Assembly (NCBI GenBank): GCA_964479835.1 | Contig: CAYZRE010000001.1 | Span: forward strand, 31,630 to 95,629 | Length of the DNA: 64,000 bases | Direction: 5' to 3' | Source: an uncultured Candidatus Saccharibacteria bacterium | Lineage (GTDB): Bacteria > Patescibacteriota > Minisyncoccia > 2-02-FULL-40-12 > GWA2-44-9 | Shown here: piece after piece, positions 8,864 through 18,499 of the stretch | Layout of the letters: every line of letters starts with the position of its first letter | Numbering within the stretch: the stretch's first letter is position 1 | Made by a program: the position numbers and the translations under genes | Notes under the pieces: model-generated | Told to the model about the DNA's origin: nothing | Seen by the model: the letters and a program-made list of their open reading frames with translations, nothing else | The model's database searches: none

Positions 8864-10075
8864 ATGCAATTTTCATACCAAGTCAAAGCACAAAATGGCG
8901 TAGTATCCAACGGGCTCATTGAGGCACCTGATGAGAATGCGGCCGTCGCCGAGCTACACGTCCGAGGATTCGTTTTGCTGTCTCTCGGGGTAATCGAAGA
9001 AGGGGTATTTAGCGGTGACATCATGCGTTACTTCAATCGGCCGAAGACGCGGGATGTGGTGATATTTACACGCCAGCTGTCTACGCTCATTGAAGCCGAT
9101 ATCCCGCTGGCCGAAGGTATCAGGACGCTGGCGAATCAGAGCGACAATCCTATATTTTCCAAGATGATCGCCGATATCAGTGACAAGATTGAGGGCGGCT
9201 CTTCATTGTCGGCGGCGTTTGCGGAGCATCCGAAGCTGTTTACGCAGTTCTATGTCAAACTCATCCGGGCCGGTGAAATATCAGGCCGTCTCCAACAGTC
9301 TCTCATCTATCTTGCCGATTACTTAGAACGCAATCAGGCCATTACCAGCAAAGTACGCAACGCATTGGCGTACCCCATATTCGTCATCTTTGCCATGGTG
9401 GTGGTGGCGATTATTATGGTGGTATATGTCTTACCTCAGCTATTAGTTATTTTTAAAGAGGCCGGCGATATACAATTACCCATCACGACGCGGGCGCTTA
9501 TCGCCGTCACCGATTTTGCAAACCACTACATTCTGCTGATTTTGGTGTTCATTATTATCGTTGTGGTCGGTTCCCTCCAGTGGGTGCGTACCCCGGACGG
9601 TAGGATATGGTGGGACAAGTTCAAAGTCAGGATTCCGGCGTTCGGCATCATCCTTAAATCGCTCTACCTGTCGCGTATCGCCGAGAATATGGCGACGCTC
9701 ATTAAATCGGACATCGCTATCCTTGATGCTCTGCGGGTCACTGGCGATATCGTGGACAATGTCGTGTACCGTGACATCCTTCTGCATGCCGAAGAGGAAG
9801 TACGCGGGGGAGGGAGTATCTCTGATGTGTTCCGCCAATATAAAACCCAGATTCCGGCGCTGATGACCTCGATGATTGCCATCGGCGAACGCACAGGAAA
9901 AATGGACTTCATGCTCGGACACGTCAGCAAGTTCTACCGTGCAGAGTCCGAAAACCGCATTGAGAGCATTTCATCGCTTATTGAACCGGTGCTGGTCGTC
10001 GTGCTGGGGCTGGGAGTTGCCGTGCTGGTCTCCAGTATCCTTCTGCCGCTGTACTCACTGGTCGGCATCTCGTAA
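8864..10075 (+). CDS. pilC: type IV pilus platform protein PilC/GspF
   Basis: FTRQLSTL, AGEISG, ALAYP, IGERTG and LIEP motifs. Confidence 0.95.
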   Translation: MQFSYQVKAQNGVVSNGLIEAPDENAAVAELHVRGFVLLSLGVIEEGVFSGDIMRYFNRPKTRDVVIFTRQLSTLIEADIPLAEGIRTLANQSDNPIFSKMIADISDKIEGGSSLSAAFAEHPKLFTQFYVKLIRAGEISGRLQQSLIYLADYLERNQAITSKVRNALAYPIFVIFAMVVVAIIMVVYVLPQLLVIFKEAGDIQLPITTRALIAVTDFANHYILLILVFIIIVVVGSLQWVRTPDGRIWWDKFKVRIPAFGIILKSLYLSRIAENMATLIKSDIAILDALRVTGDIVDNVVYRDILLHAEEEVRGGGSISDVFRQYKTQIPALMTSMIAIGERTGKMDFMLGHVSKFYRAESENRIESISSLIEPVLVVVLGLGVAVLVSSILLPLYSLVGIS

Positions 10076-10153
10076 ATCTCGTCCTGTTGATAACAGGGCA
10101 TTGTGTCGGGGAGAGAGAGGTATAAAGTATAGGAGTACTGCTAACGAACCACG

Positions 10154-10666
10154 ATGAAAAATTTGAAGGACACCATAATTAATCTGCGACGGAAGGGAAC
10201 CCGAGGTTTTACGTTGATTGAATTATTGGTGGTCATCGCCATCATCGGTATTCTCGCAACACTGGTATTGTTGCAACTAGGTGCTGCTCGGGCAAAGGCG
10301 CGAGACACCCAACGCATCACGGCAGTCAACCAGATTCGCAGTGCCGTCGAGCAATACTATGAAGACAATAATGCATACCCGGCTGGGGTTACCGACCTAC
10401 TTCTGTCAAAGTACTTCTCCAACGGCAAGGTACCCTTGGATCCCACTACGTTGGTCGGGTACAACTACTGCATGAGTGGAGTGAAATATCAGATTGCGGC
10501 CGAGCTTGAACAAAAGGCGGCGGCACTGAAAAGTGACTCCGACCTGACGGTAGCCGATATAGGACCGGCAACATGTAAGAATGGGGTGGGAGATGCAGCG
10601 GGGTCACCAAATGAGGTATGCACTGCTGGAGCCGATGACTGTGTTTACGATCAGGGGCAAAAGTAA
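10154..10666 (+). CDS. major type IV pilin
   Basis: G/FTLIELLVVIAIIGIL cleavage motif, KARDTQR, own promoter and terminator. Confidence 0.92.
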   Translation: MKNLKDTIINLRRKGTRGFTLIELLVVIAIIGILATLVLLQLGAARAKARDTQRITAVNQIRSAVEQYYEDNNAYPAGVTDLLLSKYFSNGKVPLDPTTLVGYNYCMSGVKYQIAAELEQKAAALKSDSDLTVADIGPATCKNGVGDAAGSPNEVCTAGADDCVYDQGQK

Positions 10667-10679
10667 CTACTCATGGAGT

Positions 10680-10709
10680 ACAGAAGACCCGCATATGCGG
10701 GTCTTCTGT
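10680..10709 (+). terminator. hairpin terminator after pilin
   Basis: ACAGAAGACCCGC-atat-GCGGGTCTTCTGT. Confidence 0.75.
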
Positions 10710-10723
10710 TATACTAGGGGAAC

Positions 10724-11482
10724 ATGATAATCCTCGTCGCAGTTTTGGTGGGACTTCTCTTGGGCAGCTTCTTAAGCGTGTTGTTGGACCGTTGGCCGCA
10801 CTGGCGGGGTGCCGCTACCGGGCGGTCCCAATGCCCACAGTGCCACCAAACACTGAAATGGTTCGATTTGATACCGTTGATCAGTTGGCTGGTCCTTGGC
10901 GGTAAGTGCCGCTATTGCCATGCGCCGATATCAAAACTATATCCGGCTCTGGAGCTCACCATGGCCGGCGTATTGGGTCTCTATGCGTTCCTATTCGGCG
11001 TTCCGTCGTCGTGGTATGTAACAGATTATCTCGTGCTGTTCGCCCTAGTGTCGCTGTTTTTCTTCGATTTAAAGCATCGTGTACTTCCCGATGCCATTCT
11101 TCTGCCACTGCTGATTGTCGTCGGGGCACGACTGCTTTCGCAACGACCCGATATGCTCGTCAACGCATGCGCTACCGGCGCACTTATGGCCGGGTTACTG
11201 GGACTATTATATCTGGTGTCCCGCGGGCGCTGGCTTGGACTGGGTGATGTGAAGCTCGCATTTGTTATCGGCATCTTGTTCGGCTATCCCGGCGCAGTGG
11301 GCGTTACGCTGATTGCCATTTGGTCCGGCGCGCTCGTCGGCGTAGCATTGATACTTGCTAAACGCGCGAATATGAAGACGGCATTGCCATTCGGCTCATT
11401 CTGGGTCGCGTCTGCTATCATTGCTATGATGATGCCCGGTCCGATATACTTTATAAGCGGGCTGTTCACGCCAATGTTCTAA
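10724..11482 (+). CDS. pilD: prepilin peptidase
   Basis: GSFL, RSxCxxC, CRYC, GLGDVK and LPFG motifs. Confidence 0.95.
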   Translation: MIILVAVLVGLLLGSFLSVLLDRWPHWRGAATGRSQCPQCHQTLKWFDLIPLISWLVLGGKCRYCHAPISKLYPALELTMAGVLGLYAFLFGVPSSWYVTDYLVLFALVSLFFFDLKHRVLPDAILLPLLIVVGARLLSQRPDMLVNACATGALMAGLLGLLYLVSRGRWLGLGDVKLAFVIGILFGYPGAVGVTLIAIWSGALVGVALILAKRANMKTALPFGSFWVASAIIAMMMPGPIYFISGLFTPMF

Positions 11483-12000
11483 TGAAAGGATTTACGCTTA
11501 TTGAGGTGCTCGTGGTGATAAGTATCACCGGCATCCTTACCGGCCTCTTGGTTGTGAACTTTTCGCGGACGCGTGTGGACCTGAATCAGACCACGCTGAC
11601 CGTGAAGGCCGCCATTCGCGAAGCACAATCCACGGCACTCTCGGGCGCACTATTCGGAACGCCCAACGTTTCCCGATGCGGATACGGGATTCATTTTACC
11701 GCGAATGGGTACGCCATCTATGCGGGACCGATATCCGGTCAGAACGTTTGTGTGGTTCAAAACTATGGCTATGCCATTAACAGCGAAGTTGTTCGACTTG
11801 GTCTCCTTTCAAATTCCGTACTTGAGATTGTCATACCCGCACCGGATATTTTCTTTGAACCGCCTGATCCGAAAACTTACTTTATCGGCTCCGGTTGGGG
11901 TAAAACGGCGATTATCACTATCCGTGTTAAAGGAACCACCACATGCCCTTCTGCGGATTGCCGACAAATCAATGTCACGACATCAGGACAAATACAGTAG
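11482..12000 (+). CDS. minor pilin
   Basis: KG/FTLIEVLVV motif. Confidence 0.9.
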   Translation: MKGFTLIEVLVVISITGILTGLLVVNFSRTRVDLNQTTLTVKAAIREAQSTALSGALFGTPNVSRCGYGIHFTANGYAIYAGPISGQNVCVVQNYGYAINSEVVRLGLLSNSVLEIVIPAPDIFFEPPDPKTYFIGSGWGKTAIITIRVKGTTTCPSADCRQINVTTSGQIQ

Positions 12001-12499
12001 CACGAGAAATGCCGGCTTCACGCTCGTGGAAGCGCTGGTGTCATTAGTATTGCTCACGACGGCTCTGGTGCCGGCCTTTATTCTTGCCACCGACGCTCTG
12101 AAATTGTCGACCGGTATACGCAATTCGCTCATCGCGGCAAATCTTGCGCAAGAAGGAGTTGAGATAGTTCGTGCGATTCGTGACACGAACTGGTTCGCTG
12201 GTGTGCCGTTTACTACGGGACTGGATACATGCGGTGCAGGCTGTCTGGTCGTGTGGAACGGGTCACCACCGTGGCCGTTGCCCGTGGGTGATACAACGCC
12301 GCCGCTGATGTGGGATAAGCAGTCCGGATTGTACCAGTACGTGACCGGCGTTGTTTCGCCATTCAGCCGGAAAATAACTATTGCGCCAAGTTCCGGGTCT
12401 GTTGTCGAACTTGTTGTGCAAAGTGAAGTAACTTGGGTTGAGCGTTCAATTCCGAAGACTATCGTTGTTGAGTATCACCTCTATGATTGGGTCCAATGA
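11972..12499 (+). CDS. minor pilin (PilV-like)
   Basis: AG/FTLVEALVSL and LAQEGVEIVR; start moved to the in-frame ATG at 11972. Confidence 0.85.
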   Translation: MSRHQDKYSSTRNAGFTLVEALVSLVLLTTALVPAFILATDALKLSTGIRNSLIAANLAQEGVEIVRAIRDTNWFAGVPFTTGLDTCGAGCLVVWNGSPPWPLPVGDTTPPLMWDKQSGLYQYVTGVVSPFSRKITIAPSSGSVVELVVQSEVTWVERSIPKTIVVEYHLYDWVQ

Positions 12500-13041
12500 C
12501 AGGCCATGACCACAAACAATCCGGCTTCTCGCTTGTTGAACTGCTGGTTGCAGCGACCATCTTCACATTCGTCGTGACGGCGGTGAGTGGTTTGTTTCTG
12601 CAGGCACTGGATATTCAGCGTCGTGCAGCAGGCATCCAGAAAATTCAGGAAAATGCGTTGTATGTCCTTGAATCCATAACTCGCGAAGTTCGCGTCAGCG
12701 TTGTCACCAGCGGCGATGCCGATTGTTTGTCACCCGTCTCGCTCACAACAACGCTCACAATAGACCATCCAGTGAACGGTCCCGTCATCTATGAGTATAG
12801 CCAGCTTGTCACTAGTGGCGGGACAATCGGCATGATTAAACGCAATGGTGAACAGATTACATCGGCGGATGTCGATGTTACCGCATTCGCATTCTGTGTG
12901 AGTGGGTCGGGGGCTGATGGTCTGCAGACACGCGTCACGATTCCTATGACGCTGCAGACTGTAGGGGGCAAAACCATCAACGCTGTATCGTTGCAGACCA
13001 CAATTGTTTCCCGTGATGTATCGACTGATATAGTACAATGA
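12496..13041 (+). CDS. minor pilin (PilW-like)
   Basis: SG/FSLVELLVA motif. Confidence 0.88.
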   Translation: MTGHDHKQSGFSLVELLVAATIFTFVVTAVSGLFLQALDIQRRAAGIQKIQENALYVLESITREVRVSVVTSGDADCLSPVSLTTTLTIDHPVNGPVIYEYSQLVTSGGTIGMIKRNGEQITSADVDVTAFAFCVSGSGADGLQTRVTIPMTLQTVGGKTINAVSLQTTIVSRDVSTDIVQ

Positions 13042-13406
13042 CTATGAAAAATCAGCGTGGCTCCATCCTTATCTATACTATGCTTACCATGTCCGTGATG
13101 TTGGCCATCGGGCTGACGCTCAATTCGCTGTTTCTGGGTAAACTCAAAGGCGCTGCAGCAGCGCGAGACTCGGTTGTGGCGCTGTATGCTGCCGACAGTG
13201 CGGCAGAGATGTGTTTGTATGAGGCGCGCCAAAAAAGTCAGCAACCGCCTATCATTTTTTCCAATGGCGCGACATACACGATTGTCGATAGTAAAACCGA
13301 CGTCGACATTACCGATGACTGCTCGGTGCTGGTGGGCGACTCGTTCCAATTTCGGGCGACGGGTACTTATCGGGGCGTTCGCCGCTCACTGGAAATAAAC
13401 CAGTAA
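13038..13406 (+). CDS. PilX-like minor pilin
   Basis: QRG/SILI without Glu5; ALYAADSAAE. Confidence 0.8.
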   Translation: MTMKNQRGSILIYTMLTMSVMLAIGLTLNSLFLGKLKGAAAARDSVVALYAADSAAEMCLYEARQKSQQPPIIFSNGATYTIVDSKTDVDITDDCSVLVGDSFQFRATGTYRGVRRSLEINQ

Positions 13407-13428
13407 GCGATATAGAGTAGGGATAGTT

Positions 13429-15444
13429 ATGAATAAGACGCAAGCACAAGAACGCGTCGGGAAACTGCGTGTGCTTATCGATACCTATCGGTACGAGTAC
13501 CATGTGCTCGACAAGCTTTCGATTTCCGAAGATGCGCTGGACTCTCTGAAGAAAGAATTGTTCGATTTGGAACAACAGAATCCGGAGCTCGTGACGCCTG
13601 ATTCGCCGACCCAACGCGTTGCGGGCACGCCGCTGGAGGGGTTCACGAAAGTCCAACATCCAGGGCGTATGATTTCGCTCAACGATGCGTTTTCAGAAGC
13701 AGATTTGCGTGATTGGTTGGAGCGTCTGGAGAATGTTCTGGGCCACCCGTACACGGACGAGTATTACTGTGATCTGAAGATGGATGGACTTGCGATTGAG
13801 TTGCGCTACGAAGACGGTCTGCTGGTGCAGGCGTCAACTCGCGGTGACGGTATGATAGGGGAAGAGGTCACGCAGAATATTCGTACCGTAGATGCGGTTC
13901 CGCTCCGACTGCGTTCCGATGAACATAAGGTTCCTTCGCTCCTGCTCGTGCGCGGGGAGGTATTCCTAAAGAAAAGTGAATTCAAGCGCATCAACAGAAA
14001 GCTTGAACACGATGGTGAAAAAATATTCGCAAATCCCCGTAATCTTGCCGCCGGTACCATTCGGCAACTTGATTCTGCCGTCACCGCAGGACGGAAGCTT
14101 TCCTTTTATGCGTACAGTATTGTAGGTTCCGACGGCTCGTACGGTGACAACTTCGATTCACACAAAGCTGAATACGACGCACTACGCCAGTGGGGCTTAG
14201 CGGTGAATCCGCACGGCCGGGTAGTGGCCGGTACAGCAGAAATTTTTTCGTTCTACCATGAATGGGAGACCAAGCGCGACGCACTGGACTACGAGTTTGA
14301 TGGCACGGTTATCTCTGTTAACGACAACGACACTTATCGGCTGGCTGGTGTTGTCGGCAAGGCACCGCGAGGTGCGATTGCATTCAAGTTTGCGCCGCGG
14401 CAAGCGCAGACTGTTATTGAAAATATCATTGTGCAGGTGGGTCGTACCGGCGTACTGACACCGGTTGCCGTGTTACGCCCGGTGAACATTGGCGGCACCA
14501 CAGTCGCGCGCGCGACACTGCATAATATGGATGAAATTGCGCGGCTGGGGGTAAAAATCGGGGACACGGTCATCGTCGGCAGGGCGGGGGATGTGATCCC
14601 CGATATCATTAAAGCGCTTCCTGAACTACGGACCGGCAAAGAGAAAGTATTCCACATGCCGAAGCGTTGTCCCGTCTGTGGGGAGTCGGTACAAAAGGAC
14701 CCCGAACAGGTTGCGTATAAGTGCGGCAATACAGATTGTCCCGCAAAGAAGCGCGAAGCCATCTACCACTTTGTCAGCCGCAACGCCATGAATATAGATG
14801 GAGTCGGCCCGAAAATCATTGACGCGCTCATGGATGCCGGTTTTGTACAGGACGCCCCAGACTTGTACGCCCTGTCGGTAGACGACATCATGAACCTGGA
14901 TCGTTTCGGCGAGGTATCCGGCCGCAATGTGGTTGACGCGATGCATGCACGCAGAAAAGTACCTCTGAACCGCTTTGTGTATGCGTTGGGCATCGAGCAT
15001 GTAGGAGAGCAGACCGCCCGCGCGTTGGCGGCACATTTTGGTACGCTGGGGAACATAAGCACGGCAACAGTTGAACAGCTCGAATCGGTGCCGGATGTCG
15101 GTCCCGTTGTTGCCCGCAGTATCAGTACATGGTTTTCTCGCGCATATAACCGGAAACTGCTGGAGAAATTTGTTCGCGCAGGCATGAAAATTGAACCGGA
15201 GAAGACCATAAGCCGAGGCGTGCTGTCGGGAAAAACCTTTGTGATTACCGGGACACTGGACACGATGAGTCGTGACGAAGCAAAGCAACGCATTCGCGCG
15301 CTGGGCGGGGATATCAGCGAATCGGTTTCTAAGAAAACTTCGTATGTCGTTGCCGGTGCGCAGCCGGGTTCAAAACAGCAGAGAGCGCAAGAATTGGGCG
15401 TCCCGATACTCGATGAACCGGGCCTTCGCAAGCTCTTGAAATAG
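13429..15444 (+). CDS. ligA: NAD-dependent DNA ligase
   Basis: KMDG, RGEV, ANPRN, VGRTG motifs, zinc finger, HhH and BRCT domains. Confidence 0.98.
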   Translation: MNKTQAQERVGKLRVLIDTYRYEYHVLDKLSISEDALDSLKKELFDLEQQNPELVTPDSPTQRVAGTPLEGFTKVQHPGRMISLNDAFSEADLRDWLERLENVLGHPYTDEYYCDLKMDGLAIELRYEDGLLVQASTRGDGMIGEEVTQNIRTVDAVPLRLRSDEHKVPSLLLVRGEVFLKKSEFKRINRKLEHDGEKIFANPRNLAAGTIRQLDSAVTAGRKLSFYAYSIVGSDGSYGDNFDSHKAEYDALRQWGLAVNPHGRVVAGTAEIFSFYHEWETKRDALDYEFDGTVISVNDNDTYRLAGVVGKAPRGAIAFKFAPRQAQTVIENIIVQVGRTGVLTPVAVLRPVNIGGTTVARATLHNMDEIARLGVKIGDTVIVGRAGDVIPDIIKALPELRTGKEKVFHMPKRCPVCGESVQKDPEQVAYKCGNTDCPAKKREAIYHFVSRNAMNIDGVGPKIIDALMDAGFVQDAPDLYALSVDDIMNLDRFGEVSGRNVVDAMHARRKVPLNRFVYALGIEHVGEQTARALAAHFGTLGNISTATVEQLESVPDVGPVVARSISTWFSRAYNRKLLEKFVRAGMKIEPEKTISRGVLSGKTFVITGTLDTMSRDEAKQRIRALGGDISESVSKKTSYVVAGAQPGSKQQRAQELGVPILDEPGLRKLLK

Positions 15445-15488
15445 AGCTAGAATCGTGCTATAATAGAAAGAACGAGTCAGGAGGTGTT

Positions 15489-15953
15489 ATGCACATTCCG
15501 GGGTGGCTTGAGTGGGTACTTCGCTGGGGCATGTGGCTTTTCAGGCCCAAATACCTCGCCGGGGTCTTTCCCGTCTGCCTCGACGACGCGGGGCGCGTGC
15601 TTCTCATCCGTAAGCGCCTGGGCGCGGCTATCGGTTGGCAGTTGCCCGGCGGCGCCAAAGAGTACGGGGTATCCCTTGAGCGGTCGGCGTGTCAGGAGCT
15701 TAAGGGCGAGACAGGGCTCACGACAGAGCCGGGTTGCCTTGTGCTCATGAGCGTCCACTGCGTCGAGGCGCATCGGGACCTGAACTTCGTCTATCTCGTG
15801 CGTTCGTGGGGCGGTGAGCTTGGACCTCGCGACACAACCGAGATTGCCGAAGCCCGTTGGGTTTCTGTCTCCGATGCGTACAAGATACTGTATCCGCCAC
15901 ATCTCCTCATGCTCATGGATGCCCTCGACCAGCGGTACCTATCGGGCCAGTAA
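15489..15953 (+). CDS. NUDIX hydrolase
   Basis: Degenerate Nudix box PGG..EYGVSLERSACQELKGETG; AGGAGGT SD; own terminator at about 15959-15987. Confidence 0.85.
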   Translation: MHIPGWLEWVLRWGMWLFRPKYLAGVFPVCLDDAGRVLLIRKRLGAAIGWQLPGGAKEYGVSLERSACQELKGETGLTTEPGCLVLMSVHCVEAHRDLNFVYLVRSWGGELGPRDTTEIAEARWVSVSDAYKILYPPHLLMLMDALDQRYLSGQ

Positions 15954-16018
15954 TCCTGAAGAGCCTCGCGTGCGGGGCTCTGTTTTTATTATGTCAAAGA
16001 AATTGCTAGGATTGTGTA

Positions 16019-16095
16019 GGCGGTGTGGCGAAGGATAACGCACAGGGCCTGCAAACCCTGTATCGGTGGGTTGAAATTCCCACCCGCTGCCTCCA
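16019..16095 (+). tRNA. non-canonical tRNA-Cys(GCA)-like RNA
   Basis: GGCGGTG/CGCTGCC-T-CCA acceptor, D-arm GCG/CGC, CAGGG-CCTGCAAA-CCCTG (8-nt loop), GGTGGG-TTGAAATT-CCCACC T-arm. Upstream TGcTAGGAT -10 box and downstream terminator. Confidence 0.75.
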
Positions 16096-16115
16096 ACCCG
16101 TTCTTTCTTCTGGTG

Positions 16116-16154
16116 AGTCTCCCTGAACGAATTCGTTCAGGGGACTATTTTTTT
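16116..16154 (+). terminator. terminator after the tRNA-like gene
   Basis: Perfect 22-bp palindrome CCCTGAACGAATTCGTTCAGGG (16121-16142) followed by T7. Confidence 0.75.
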
Positions 16155-16181
16155 GCCGAAAACCGTGGTATTTTTGTGCAT

Positions 16182-16484
16182 ATGCTGACGGATACAGAGA
16201 TAGAACACATCGCGAAATTGGCGCGCATTGGGCTGTCGGGTGAGATGCACGCACACATGAAACATGACCTGTCCAAGGTCCTCGATTATATTGCGCTGCT
16301 GGAGAAGGCTGACACTGCGGGAGTCGAGCCGTTGTACCAGGTGACCGGTTTGCAGAATCAGACCCGTCCTGACGAGCGACGGGGCGATTTTGTTATGGAT
16401 GCGAAATTGATGGAATATCTGATCGGGCAAGCTCCGCATTCGCAGGAGCGGTTCGTAAAAGTAAAATCGGTGAAAGCAAAATGA
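16182..16484 (+). CDS. gatC: Asp/Glu-tRNA amidotransferase subunit C
   Basis: [11 protein letters not shown]...DT.GVEP; start moved to ATG 16182. Confidence 0.93.
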   Translation: MLTDTEIEHIAKLARIGLSGEMHAHMKHDLSKVLDYIALLEKADTAGVEPLYQVTGLQNQTRPDERRGDFVMDAKLMEYLIGQAPHSQERFVKVKSVKAK

Positions 16485-17890
16485 CAGACACAGGCTACAC
16501 CATAGCATCAGCGCGCGAGGCATTCGCTTCGGGGAATCTGACGCCCGAGCGCCTCTTCGAACACTATCGGGGGCGCGTCGGCGAGCGCAACGAGGAGCTT
16601 AATGCGTTTCGTAATACTGATTTTTCGTTTGTGCAACGCGAGCTCGACACCTCGGTTCTCACGGGGATTCCGTATGCTCTGAAAGACAACATGCTCGTTG
16701 CGGGCACCGTCGCAACCGGCGGTTCTCGAATTTTGGAGCATTATGTCTCGGCGTACGATTCCACTGTCTTTACCAAACTCGATACTGCAGGTGCGCAATT
16801 GTTGGGAAAAACAAACATGGATGAATTTGCGATGGGAAGTTCGGGGGAGAACAGCGCCTATGGCGTTGTCCGCAATCCGTGCGACACGACTCGGGTGCCT
16901 GGCGGCAGTTCGGCCGGTTCCGCGGCCGCGGTGGCCGGTGACCTGTGTGTTTTTGCGCTTGGCTCTGACACTGGCGGTTCTATCAGGCAGCCCGCCGCGA
17001 TGTGCGGCGTTGTCGGTCTCAAGCCCACCTATGGGCGCGTTTCGCGCCACGGCCTGATGGCCATGGCTTCTTCGCTGGACCAGATCGGCCCCCTGACAAA
17101 AACAGTCCGCGACAGCGCACTGGTGTTGAGCGCTATCGCAGGACATGATGTGTTTGATTCCACGACTGTGCCGCGCGATGTTCCGGACTATATTGAGACA
17201 CTTGAACAGGACATTACCGGATTACGCGTCGGCGTGCTTGCCGAGCATTTCGGAGAGGGTTTGGCACCGGAGGTCAAAGAGCGTGTGGAAGAGGCAATCG
17301 CGATATTGAAAAAACGCGGAGCAGTTATCACGCCTATTTCGCTTCCGCACAGCGCGTATGCATTGGCGGTCTACTATATCGTTCAGCCCTGTGAAGTTTC
17401 GGCGAATTTGTCGCGGTATGACGGCATCCGCTACGGATATTACGCGCGTACTGCGGAAAATCTGTTGGAGGTATACACGAAAAGTCGCGCACAGGGACTG
17501 GGCGCCGAATCCCTACGGCGCATTATGCTGGGCACCTACGCGTTATCGGCAGGTTACTTTGATGCGTACTATCTCAAAGCACAGAAAGTCCGTGCACTCA
17601 TCCGGCAGGACTTCGACCGTGCATTCGAGAAGGTGGATATTATTGCCGGCCCCACGACGCCTACCGTTGCCTTCACGATAGGGGAGAAATCAGACGACCC
17701 ACTAGCCATGTACCTCTCCGACATCTACACGGTGCCGGTGAACCTTGCAGGCGTGCCCGCAATTTCTGTGCCCTGCGGAGTCGGTGCACAGTCTGGCCTG
17801 CCGGTCGGCCTGCAACTCATCGGTGATATGTTTCAAGAAGCGACGATATTGCGCGCGGCGTGGCATGTCGAGCAAGGACTTCAACGATAG
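16481..17890 (+). CDS. gatA: Asp/Glu-tRNA amidotransferase subunit A
   Basis: [31 protein letters not shown] and YDGIRYG motifs. Confidence 0.98.
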   Translation: MTDTGYTIASAREAFASGNLTPERLFEHYRGRVGERNEELNAFRNTDFSFVQRELDTSVLTGIPYALKDNMLVAGTVATGGSRILEHYVSAYDSTVFTKLDTAGAQLLGKTNMDEFAMGSSGENSAYGVVRNPCDTTRVPGGSSAGSAAAVAGDLCVFALGSDTGGSIRQPAAMCGVVGLKPTYGRVSRHGLMAMASSLDQIGPLTKTVRDSALVLSAIAGHDVFDSTTVPRDVPDYIETLEQDITGLRVGVLAEHFGEGLAPEVKERVEEAIAILKKRGAVITPISLPHSAYALAVYYIVQPCEVSANLSRYDGIRYGYYARTAENLLEVYTKSRAQGLGAESLRRIMLGTYALSAGYFDAYYLKAQKVRALIRQDFDRAFEKVDIIAGPTTPTVAFTIGEKSDDPLAMYLSDIYTVPVNLAGVPAISVPCGVGAQSGLPVGLQLIGDMFQEATILRAAWHVEQGLQR

Positions 17891-18499
17891 ATGATGTTCT
17901 ACGAAAATATTCCCACAATTGTCAACTCAACAGTGCAGGCGCTCTACCAGGGCGTGTATAGGCCCTGGGATATACTGTCTCCCGCGCGACTGTTTGATTT
18001 TGTACAGACAAACAACCAGGTTGCCAGTATCAAGGTGCTTCTGTCGCAGGTCTCACTGGTGCTGTCTGCGGTGTTTACGCTGTTTATTGTCTTTGTCATG
18101 ATGCAAAAGCGTGTGCTCAAGGCGCAACAGGAACCGACGACAACCACATCGTCCGCACGAGGCACCACAGAAGTGCCGGCCGGCATCCTGCGCAACCGAT
18201 GGAACGAGCTTTGTAAACATTTGGAGTCTACGCACGAAGCCCAATGGAAGATGGCAGTCATCGAAGCGGACAAACTGGTTGATGATGCGCTGGTAAAATC
18301 GGGATTCCCGGGGGATACTTTCGGCGACCGTTTGAGCAATATCCAGCCGGGTACATTACTATCGCTGGATGGTATTTGGTGGGCGCACAAGGTACGCAAT
18401 CGACTTGCGCACGAGGTCGACTATTTTTTGCGGTATACCGAAGCACGTCAGGCTATCGGATACTTCGAGGCCGCGCTCTCTGAACTAAAACTTATTTGA
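17891..18499 (+). CDS. conserved membrane-anchored hypothetical protein
   Basis: Single TM; AVIEAD..D..L and AHKVRNRLAH motifs. Confidence 0.8.
   Translation: MMFYENIPTIVNSTVQALYQGVYRPWDILSPARLFDFVQTNNQVASIKVLLSQVSLVLSAVFTLFIVFVMMQKRVLKAQQEPTTTTSSARGTTEVPAGILRNRWNELCKHLESTHEAQWKMAVIEADKLVDDALVKSGFPGDTFGDRLSNIQPGTLLSLDGIWWAHKVRNRLAHEVDYFLRYTEARQAIGYFEAALSELKLI

Noticed and set aside
16023-16181. 53-aa N-terminal extension of GatC in the ORF track
   Set aside because: It runs through the tRNA-like gene and its terminator; GatC homology starts at ATG 16182.
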